From: an uncultured Chloroflexia bacterium
GTDB taxonomy: Bacteria > Chloroflexota > Anaerolineae > CG2-30-64-16
Reading direction: 5' to 3'
NCBI GenBank assembly: GCA_963810095.1
Contig: CAWEMM010000010.1
Coordinates: 96,001-160,000 of the forward strand
Length of the DNA: 64,000 bases
Translations under genes and position numbers: made by a program
Shown: positions 55,254 through 64,000 of the stretch, piece by piece
Layout of the letters: each line of letters starts with the position of its first letter
How positions within the stretch are numbered: the stretch's first letter is position 1
Notes under the pieces: generated by a model
What the model was told of the DNA's origin: nothing
Databases searched by the model: none
What the model saw: only the letters and a program-made list of their open reading frames with translations

Positions 55254-56838
55254 GTGCCCTACAAGGCTTTTTTCGTCGAGGATGAGATCGAAATCCGCGA
55301 AGGAATCCGCGACAACGTCGATTGGGCCGCGCACGGCTTCGAGTTCTGCGGCGAAGCTCCGGACGGCGAGCTGGCCCTGCCGCTCATCCAGGCTGCAAAA
55401 CCCGATCTCCTGATCACCGATATCCGAATGCCTTTCATGGACGGCCTGCAGCTCAGCCAGATCGTTCGGGAGCGGCTGCCGCGCACGAAAATCGTCATCC
55501 TCAGCGGCCATGACGAGTTCGAGTATGCCCAGCGAGCGGTCAAGCTAGGCGTCTTCGAGTACCTGCTGAAGCCTGTCTCACTGCAAGATCTCCATCACGT
55601 CCTCGATAAGGTCGCACTCGAGTTGGATCAGGAGCGCGACGAGCAAAGCGGCGCTGGAGCGGTTGCGCGACCAGGTCGAACAGAATCGGGCCGCGCTCCG
55701 CGAACGATTCCTGCTCAGGCTCGTCACCGGAGTCGCTTCGGCGGCCGAGACGATTGAGAAAGGTCACCTCGTGGGCGCCGAACTGGTGGCCCAGAGCTAT
55801 CTCGTCGTCGCGATCCGGCTCGAAACGGACCGGTCAGAGCCGCCCGATCTTCCCCGGCTCAAGCGAATGGAGCAGTTCGCCTCGTCCCTCGTCGAGGCTA
55901 ACCCCGACACATTCCTCGTGCGCAGAGACCTGCGCGAGCTGGTCGTCCTGCTCAAAGGAAGCTCGGAGCAGAGCCTGCTCGAGGAGCGCGATCTGCTCCT
56001 GGCGCGCTTGCGGCAGGCGGCGCACGATCTGGAGTGTAAGCTGATCGTGGGGTCTGGCAGGCCCCAGACGGCGCGTCAGCGACATCGATAAGTCCTTCCT
56101 CGAGGCGACCGATGCGCTGCGGGCCGCAACGGGCGCGTGGGACAGCGCCCGCAAGCGTTGCGACTGAAGAGATCAGCCTGCTCGGGGTGGACAGGTCGAT
56201 TCTGGAAGACTACCTGCGGTCCGGGAACGGTGGAGGGCTTCGACGGCTTTTTTGAAGCGTTCAGCCGTCCGCTTGGCGAACGTGCGCTTGCTTCCACGGT
56301 GGCGAAGAGTTACGTTTTCACGGATATCGTGCTGGCCAGCGCCCGGTTCGTCGACGAAATGGGCGGCAATGCGGATGCAGTCGTTCCTGAGCTGGGCCAG
56401 GTCGAGGGGATCCTGGCGCGCATCGAGACGATGGAACACCTTCGCGAGCACACGCGCAGGGTTCTTGCCGCGGCCTTGAGCTTCAGAGATAACCTTGTCA
56501 CCCGCCAGTACGCCGGCGTCGTCCGCCAGGCCCAGGAATACATGGAGCGCCGCTATGCCGACCCACAGCTGTCGTTGAACGAGGTGGCAGCGCAGGTCAG
56601 CCTGAGTGCGGGTCATTTCAGTACGGTGTTCAGCCAGGAAGCGGGCCAAACTTTCAAGGAGTATCTGACCGAGGTGCGGCTCAAGAGGGCCAAGGAACTG
56701 CTGCGCACGACGACGCTGAAGGCGTTCGAGATCAGCGATCAGGTCGGGTACAACGACCCGCACTATTTCAGTCACGTCTTCCACAAGCACACGGGTCTGA
56801 CGCCCATGGAGTTCAGGCTCCAGGTGCAGGCGATCTGA
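55254..56838 (+). CDS. YesN-type response regulator (receiver + AraC HTH; frameshifted)
   Basis: VEDE, PDLLITDIRMP, YLLKP; C-terminal VGYNDPHYFSHVF...TPMEF. Confidence 0.9.
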
Positions 56839-56919
56839 AGGGAGCCTGGAACGTGAGAAGAGCGGCTTCCTCTGGTTACACGGGCGGTTCGGGCCGCCGC
56901 GTTTCGGTCTGGGGGGCCG

Positions 56920-58405
56920 GTGCGACAAGCCTTCCGGCGGGCCGCCGCGCCTGTCGTCGAGCTGGGGGCGCGGTTGGGCCTGTCTGTGCGGACCAAGATC
57001 CTGCTGTCGCTCGCCATGGTGATCCTGATCATGAGCCTCACGAACGTCTTTCTGGTCGTCCAGGTGCTCAACTACGGCCGCCAGTACGACGCTATCATCG
57101 CCAACATCACGGCCGCCAACAGCATCGGCGGACACATCAAGGCGGACATCGACACCGAGATGTGGCGGATTGTGGCGGGCAAGATCGAGTTTCGCGAGGG
57201 CAGGCAGTACGACATCATCAACGAGGCGAACACCACGCTCCGCCAGATGATGCAAAACACCGACTCGCCCCGTTCCAACGTCAAGCTCGAAGGCATCCTG
57301 AGAACCTTGCTGACCCTGACTTACGAAGTGGACCGGATGGGGCAACAGATCACCCGGGGCAGCACGACCGCGGAGAACGAGGCGGTGCTGGAAAACATCC
57401 GGTTCGTCTCTGGCGTCGTGGAGGACGTGGTGCAGGACTACGCGCTGTACGAGGTGCAGCGGACCAGCACCCAGTACCAACACATGCGCGAGGGGTTTCG
57501 GCGGTGGGAGACCATCTACCTGGTGGTCATGGTCAGCGCGGTCGGTTTTTCGCTATTGGCGGCGTGGGGCATCTCCCGCGGGGTCTACATCCCCATCAAG
57601 AAGCTCCACGACATGACCGCCACCATCACGCGCAACGACCTCCAGGCGTTGGTCACCCACGACAACGTGGACGAGATCACCGAGTTGGGCCTCAGCTTCA
57701 ACATCATGGTCGGGCGGATCCGCGAGCTCCTGGATGCGAAGGTCAAGGAGCAGGAGAACCTGAAGAAGGCCGAGCTCCGCGCGCTGCAGGCGCAGATCAA
57801 CCCACACTTCCTCTACAACACCCTCGACACGATTATCTGGATGACCGAGTCGAAGAAGACCGAGCAGGTGATCGAGATAGTCAGGGCGCTTTCGAGTTTC
57901 TTCCGGCTGAGCCTCAGTAAGGGACGGGACTGGATCACCATCGCCGAAGAAGTCGAGCGGACGCGGAACTATCTGACGATCCAGAAGATGCGCTACCGGG
58001 AAATCCTGGACTACCGGATCGAACTGGACGAGAGCGTGATGAGCAACACGGTCCTGAAGCTCATCCTGCAGCCGCTCGTCGAGAATGCGCTCTACCACGG
58101 CATTAAGAACAGGCGGGAAGGCGGCGCCATCGTCGTGCGCGCGCTTCAGCGCAGCCCGGGCGAGATCTTGTTGCAGGTCGAGGACAACGGCATTGGCTTT
58201 GCGCCCGACAGGCTGGCGTGCGTGCGGCGCGAGCTCGATGAGGACTCGGGCGAGATCAGGCTCGAAAGCGGGTATGGGATCGGCAACGTCAACCAAGCGG
58301 ATCCGGCTGTACTACGGCAAACAGTACGGCGTGTCCATCGAGAGCGAATACCAGGTGGGCACGTGCGTCTCGGTCGTCATTCCCGCATCCCGCGGCGAGA
58401 CGTAG
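56920..58405 (+). CDS. YesM/LytS-type sensor histidine kinase (frameshift at about 58295)
   Basis: Two TMs, HAMP, LQAQINPHFLYNTL, LQPLVENA, DNGIG. Confidence 0.92.
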
Positions 58406-58420
58406 AAGCGAGGAGGGTCG

Positions 58421-59504
58421 ATGAAGCACAAGCTGCCCGGCCTGATGGGCGGAGCGAGCGGGAATCTCGGCATGCGATCTGCCCCACGACCACCGCGCCC
58501 CATGCGCCTGGCCCTTCGCTGGGTCGCGTTTCTCGCCATCCTCCTGGCGCTCGCCGGATGTCGTGGCGCCGTTGCACCCCCCCTGGCAGGTGCCCCAACC
58601 CCCGCGCCAGGGGGCCCGATGAAAAAAACCTACAAGGACCTGATCGTGGGCTACGCTCAATTGGGCGCAGAGAGCGAGTGGCGCTCGGCTAACACCACCT
58701 CCGTCAAAGAAGCGGCCGAAGCGGTGGGGGTCGAGCTGAAGTTCTCGGACGCGCAGCAAAAGCAGGAAAACCAGATCAAGGCGATCCGGTCACTTATCGC
58801 CCAGCGTGTCGACGTGATCGGGGTGGCACCCCTGGTCGAGACGGGCTGGGACGAGGTTTTTCAGGAAGCGAAGGACGCCGGCATCCCCATCATCCTGGTC
58901 GACCGCCGGGCGGACGTGCCCCCCGACCTCTACGCCGCGTTCATGGGTTCGGATTTTCTCGAAGAGGGCCGCAACGCGGCGCGGGCGCTGGCTCGGCTGA
59001 CAAACGGCCAGGCGCGCATCGTCGAGTTGGTCGGCACGCCCGACTCGACCCCGGCCAACGATCGTTACAAGGGCTTCCGGGAGGTTTTGAAGGACTACCC
59101 CGGGCATGGAGATTATCGGCTCGCAGGCCGGCGATTTCACCGCATCACAGGGCAAAGAAATCATGCAGGCGATGCTCAAAGAGCACGGCGCCGCCATCAC
59201 CGCGGTGTACGCCCATAACGACGATATGGCACTGGGCGCGATCAAGGCAATCGAAGCCTACGGTCTCCGGCCCGGCGTGGACATTAAGATCGTTTCCGTC
59301 GACGCCGCCCGCGGCGCCTTCGAGGCGATGATTGCCGGCAAGCTGAACGCGACCGTGGAGTGCAACCCGTTGCTCGGCCCGAAGTTCATGGAACTGGCGC
59401 TCAAGGTGGCAAACGACGAGCCGGTGCCAAAGTGGGTGCCGTCGGAGGAAGGGGTCTTCTTCCCCGAGAACGCTGCGGACATCCTGCCAACGCGCAAATA
59501 CTAA
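58421..59504 (+). CDS. Sugar-binding lipoprotein (YtfQ-like), next to the kinase (frameshift at about 59105)
   Basis: LAGC; GAESEWR, DAQQKQENQI, HNDDMA, ECNPLLGP. Confidence 0.88.
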
Positions 59505-59547
59505 TCAGTGCAACCACAGTGAATCTGTTGCACCATGACGCTCGGCA

Positions 59548-59655
59548 CCCTTCGACTGCGTGCGTCCCTTCGGGACGCTCATCCGCTCAGGCTGCCTGCG
59601 CTTGAAGCATCCTGAGCGGAGGCGCCAGCGCAGCTGGCGTGCCGCAGTCGAAGGA
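59548..59655. repeat. Intergenic palindrome, family E
   Basis: ccttcgactgcg...ccgctcagg / cctgagcgg...cgcagtcgaagg nested inverted repeats. Confidence 0.65.
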
Positions 59656-59939
59656 TGCGACCCGACAGAATGAGTGTGCTTGTTAGCCCAGCCTCGGCCC
59701 CTATCTCGTGCTGCGCGGAAGAAACTTAACCACATCCGAAGAATCTGCACCCGGATTCTCTCGGAGGGCCGCCACGGCAACCGGACGGCGTTCAGATTTC
59801 GCCCATCGCCTGAGGAAAACGCATTGACTCTGCCCCACCGGGCGGCGTACCATCTTTACGGCGTGTTGCATTTCTTACCGGGAGAAATGTGTCCCGTCAC
59901 CTTCAAAACCAAGAACCGCAGACAGAAGGAGACAATGAA

Positions 59940-60950
59940 GTGAAATCCTCAGCCCTCACGTTCTTCGTTGCCGCACTGTTGATCCTCGGCACACTCGCCG
60001 CGTGCGCGCCCGCCGCGGCCCCTGCGCCCGCCGCCGCGCCGACCCAGGCCGCGGCTGCTGCCGCCCCCGCTGCCGCTGCTAAGACCTACAAAGACATGAC
60101 CTTGTGCTACCCGCAGCTGGGCGCCGAAAGCGACTGGCGAACTGCCAACACCGCTTCTTTCAAAGAGACCGCCGAGAAGCTCGGGGTCAAGCTGATCTTC
60201 TCGGATGCGCAGCAGAAGCAGGAAAACCAGATCTCCGCAATCCGCTCTTGCATCCAGCAGGGTGTGAACGTCATCGCGCTGCCGCCTGTCGTCGAGACGG
60301 GCTGGGACGCGGTGCTGCAGGAAGCCAAGGACGCGAAGATCCCCGTTATCGTCGTCGACCGTTCCGTGACGGCAGATCCTTCGATGTACGCCGCGCACAT
60401 CGGCTCTGACATGGTCATCGAAGGCAAGCGCGCGGCAGCGGAAATCAACAAGATGCTGCCCAACGGCGGCAACATCGTCGAGTTGTCGGGCACGACCGGC
60501 TCGGGCGCTGCGGTTGGCCGCGCCAAGGGCTTCCGCGAGGCCCTGAATCCCAACATCAAGATCCTCGATTCCCAAACGGGTAACTTCACCCGGGCCGAGG
60601 GCAAGCCGGTCATGGAAGCCTTCCTGAAGAAGTACGGCGACCAGATCAACGGCGTCTTCTTCCACAATGACGACATGGCGATCGGTGCGGTCGAAGCCAT
60701 CAAGGCGGCCGGCATCAAACCCGGCGACCTGAAGATGGTCTCGGTGGACGGCACCCGCGGCGGCTTCCAGTTGATGATCGACGGCTGGTTGGGGGCCGAC
60801 GTCGAGTGCAATCCCCTCCTGGGTCCCCAGGTCATGGACCTCGGCCTTAAGCTGATGAACGGCCAGGAAATTGCCAAGGAAGCCCTGACCGACGAGGCCG
60901 TGTTCTACCCGGACAAGGCGAAGGAACTGCTGCCGACCCGCAAGTACTAA
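59940..60950 (+). CDS. ytfQ: Sugar ABC substrate-binding lipoprotein (galactofuranose YtfQ-like)
   Basis: LAAC plus Ala/Pro linker; GAESDWR, DAQQKQENQI, ECNPLLGP. Confidence 0.85.
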   Translation: MKSSALTFFVAALLILGTLAACAPAAAPAPAAAPTQAAAAAAPAAAAKTYKDMTLCYPQLGAESDWRTANTASFKETAEKLGVKLIFSDAQQKQENQISAIRSCIQQGVNVIALPPVVETGWDAVLQEAKDAKIPVIVVDRSVTADPSMYAAHIGSDMVIEGKRAAAEINKMLPNGGNIVELSGTTGSGAAVGRAKGFREALNPNIKILDSQTGNFTRAEGKPVMEAFLKKYGDQINGVFFHNDDMAIGAVEAIKAAGIKPGDLKMVSVDGTRGGFQLMIDGWLGADVECNPLLGPQVMDLGLKLMNGQEIAKEALTDEAVFYPDKAKELLPTRKY

Positions 60951-60989
60951 AGGCTCCTCCAGGCCCGTGAATGTCGACGGGTGAGAGGA

Positions 60990-61033
60990 CGAGGTTGAGA
61001 AGGGGCGTCCCGGAACGCTCCTTCTCAACCTCG
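60990..61033. other. Intercistronic hairpin after the binding-protein gene
   Basis: cgaggttgagaagg/ccttctcaacctcg. Confidence 0.7.
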
Positions 61034-61069
61034 AAAGGAATCGTGCAACTCTCCCAAGGGGCAGATCTC

Positions 61070-62588
61070 ATGACAAACCCAGAGGACCTTGTCTTGGCCA
61101 TGAAGGCCATCTCCAAGAGTTTTCCAGGCGTCCAAGCCCTGGAAAACGTCGATTTCTCGTTGCGGAGGGGTGAGATCCACGCCCTGGTGGGCGAAAACGG
61201 GGCCGGCAAGTCCACCCTCATTAAGGTGCTGACCGGGGTCGAGCCGCCCGATAGTGGTTCGATCGAATACGACGGAAAGGTGGTGGAGGTCCGGTCGCCC
61301 CAGAATGCGCAGGACATCGGGATTTCGACGGTCTATCAGGAGGTCAACCTCTGCACGAACATCTCGGTGGCCGAGAATATCATGCTCGGCCGCGAGCCCC
61401 GGCGGTTCGGCAGCATTCATTGGCGGCAACTCAATGCCGCGAGCCCGGCAGGCGCTGCACAAGCTCTCGGTCGATATCGACGTCGCGCAGCCCCTGGAAA
61501 ACTACTCCATCGCCATTCAGCAAATGACGGCGATTGCGCGGTCACTCGAAATCTCATCGGCGAAAATCCTCATCCTCGACGAGCCCACCTCCAGCCTTGA
61601 TGCCAACGAAACCAATCTTCTTTTTGACGTCATGCAGAAGCTGAAGGCCGAAGGCATCGGTATTATCTTCATCACGCACTTCCTGGACCAGGTGTACCGC
61701 ATCGCCGACCGCATCACGGTGCTCCGCAACGGCCGGTTGGTGGGGACGTACGAGAGCGCTTCGCTCCCGCGCGTCGAGCTCGTCGCCAAAATGCTCGGGC
61801 GCACCATGACGGAGCTGGCGGCGGTGGCAAAGACTAAGGTCGAGCGGGCCGAGGTCGAAGGCCGGGAGCCGTTTCTGAAGGCCGCCGGCTTGGGCCGCAC
61901 CGGTTCTCTGCAGCCGGTCGACGTGGTGCTGAATTCGGGCGAAGTCGTCGGGGTCGCCGGCCTGTTGGGGTCGGGGCGCACCGAGTTGGCGAACTTGCTG
62001 TTCGGCATCGACACCCCTGACACGGGCTCTCTCACGGTCGGCGGCAAGAAGGTCGAGCGTTTCTCGCCCCAGGAATCGCTCCGCAACGGGATCGCACTGT
62101 GCCCCGAAGACCGCAAGGCGGAAGGGATCGTCGGCGACTTGACGATCCGCGAGAACATCGTCCTGGCCCTGCAGGCGCGTTACGGCTGGTTCAAATATCT
62201 TGGGGCGCAGAAGCAGTATGAAATCGCGGAGAAGTACATCCGTCTGCTTGCGATCAGCACGCCCTCGGCCGACCAGTTGGTCAAGAACCTGAGCGGCGGC
62301 AACCAGCAGAAGGTGATCCTTGCGCGCTGGCTGGCGACCGAGCCCCGTCTCCTGATCCTCGACGAGCCGACCAAGGGCGTCGACGTGGGCGCGAAAGCAG
62401 AAATCCAGAAGCTTGTGCTCGACCTTGCCGACGAGGGCAAGTCGTGCATCTTCATCTCTTCCGAGCTGGAAGAGGTCTTGCGCACCAGCCATCGGATCAT
62501 CGTGATGCGCGACCAGAAGATGGCGGCCGAGTACCCGGGCGACGTGGACGACCAGACCATTATTCAGACAATGGCGGGCAATCTATGA
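61070..62588 (+). CDS. ytfR: Sugar ABC ATPase, tandem domains (frameshift at about 61440)
   Basis: GENGAGKS, LDEPTSSL, LSGGNQQKV. Confidence 0.88.
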
Positions 62589-63664
62589 GAGACAGATATG
62601 CTTTCCTGAAGCGCGTACGAGAAAGCCGGCTGTTCTGGCCCCTGACGGCGTTGGCCTTGATCCTCATCGCCGACGCCATCTTTGCGCCCGGTTTCTTCAA
62701 GATCGGCATCCTGGACGGCCACCTCTACGGCAATCTGATCGACGTGGTCAACAATGCCGCGCCTTTGATGCTGGTCGCGATGGGCATGACCCTCGTGATT
62801 GCGACCGGCGGCATTGACCTGTCGGTGGGCGCGGTCATTGCGATTTCTGCTGCCATGGGTGCGGTCCTCATTAACCCGGCGCTGGGCCAAAAACTGATCT
62901 CGAACGACATCCTGACGAAGGACGCCACCAACACGCCGCTGCCGCTGGTGGTCCTTGCCACCCTGACGGCCGGCACCCTCTGCGGACTCTGGAACGGGAT
63001 GCTGGTTTCGCGGGGCAAAATCCAACCGATGGTCGCCACGCTGATCCTGATGGTGGCCGGCCGCGGCATTGCCCAGCTCATCACCAACGGGCAGATCATG
63101 ACCATCTATTACACGCCGTACTTCTGGTTCGGCAACGGGTTCATCCTGGGGCTGCCGGTCTCGGTCTACATCGTCGGATTGATCTTTGTGCTGGCCTGGC
63201 TGCTGGTGCGGAAGACCTCGATCGGCCTCTTCATCGAGTCGGTCGGGATCAACGCCAAGTCAACCTACTACAGCGGCATCAGCGAGAAAAACATCAAGCT
63301 GCTCGCGTATGTCTTTTGCGGCTTCTGCGCCGCCATGGCCGGCCTGATCCTGAGTTCCTACGTCCACAGCGCGGATGGCAACAACAACGGCCTGAACTAC
63401 GAGCTGGACGCGATCCTGGCGGTCGTCATCGGTGGAACACTGATGACGGGCGGCCGCTTCTCGCTGTTTGCCAGCATCATCGGCGCACTGGTCATCTGGA
63501 CTTTCACAATCTCAATGTACACCTTCGGCGTTCCCGCCAATGCCCTCATGGCGGGCCGGGCCGTGCTCGTTCTCGTGGTGATCCTGCTCTACTCGGACTA
63601 CTCTCGGCGCCTGCTGAACAGGTTGTTTGAACGGAAAGGGTCCCAACATGGCGCAGCAAACTGA
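62585..63664 (+). CDS. ytfT: Sugar ABC permease
   Basis: GMTLVIATGGIDLSVG, ELDAILAVVIGG. Confidence 0.85.
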   Translation: MRDRYAFLKRVRESRLFWPLTALALILIADAIFAPGFFKIGILDGHLYGNLIDVVNNAAPLMLVAMGMTLVIATGGIDLSVGAVIAISAAMGAVLINPALGQKLISNDILTKDATNTPLPLVVLATLTAGTLCGLWNGMLVSRGKIQPMVATLILMVAGRGIAQLITNGQIMTIYYTPYFWFGNGFILGLPVSVYIVGLIFVLAWLLVRKTSIGLFIESVGINAKSTYYSGISEKNIKLLAYVFCGFCAAMAGLILSSYVHSADGNNNGLNYELDAILAVVIGGTLMTGGRFSLFASIIGALVIWTFTISMYTFGVPANALMAGRAVLVLVVILLYSDYSRRLLNRLFERKGSQHGAAN

Positions 63665-64000
63665 GCCTTTCCCGCTCCCACACAAGTCTTCAGAGCAGGG
63701 CACCGGCGCGCGCTTCAGGCAGTGGCTGCGGCCCTTCGTGCTCAAGAACGGGCCGATGCTGATCACGATCGGCGTGTTCATTATCCTTTACTTCATCGGC
63801 ACGCGCCTCTATCCCGCGATGCAGAAACCGCAGGTGTTCTTCAACCTGTTCATCAACACGGCCAGCTTGCTGATCGTTTCGATCGGGATGACGTTCGTGA
63901 TCCTCTCGAAAGGGATCGATCTCTCTGTGGCGGGCATGATCGCGCTCACCTCGGCTGCGTCGGCCTCGCTGCTGCGCGACGGCGCGAGCCCGTTCCTGGT
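63648..64000 (+). CDS. Second sugar ABC permease (runs off the window)
   Basis: GMTFVILSKGIDLSV. Confidence 0.82.
   Translation, partial: MAQQTEPFPLPHKSSEQGTGARFRQWLRPFVLKNGPMLITIGVFIILYFIGTRLYPAMQKPQVFFNLFINTASLLIVSIGMTFVILSKGIDLSVAGMIALTSAASASLLRDGASPFL

Noticed and set aside
60000-60080. GC-rich GCC/GCT tandem-like stretch
   Set aside because: It encodes an ordinary Ala/Pro lipoprotein linker

Overview
High-GC bacterial chromosome segment, most consistent with Chloroflexota (Anaerolineae/Caldilineae-like). This assignment is inferred from gene content and motif style; no database search was possible. Many genes, including the essential thrS, are split by single-base indels, so this is probably an error-prone long-read assembly rather than real gene decay. 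Contents from left to right: an esterase; a co-oriented cluster of three receiver proteins, nuoE/nuoF, an ACT protein and a histidine kinase; a CaMKII-hub-like protein and an SDR; a promoter-to-terminator unit encoding PqqD/RRE, a radical SAM/SPASM enzyme, a 71-aa putative precursor peptide and a gingipain-like C25 peptidase (best candidate for an undescribed system); a two-component pair; the LIV ABC transporter; OCD, EamA, a metacaspase and VanW; the tRNA-tuf-rpmG-secE-nusG-rplKAJL block; rlmB-cysS; thrS-infC-rpmI-rplT with a displaced T-box; a CsoR-trx-ECF sigma-anti-sigma cluster; a split class I fumarase; STAS/PP2C; LysR; a phospholipase D; and a YesMN-type system with a YtfQRT-type sugar ABC transporter. 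At least six families of short intergenic palindromic repeats occur. No CRISPR array, transposase or prophage was seen.
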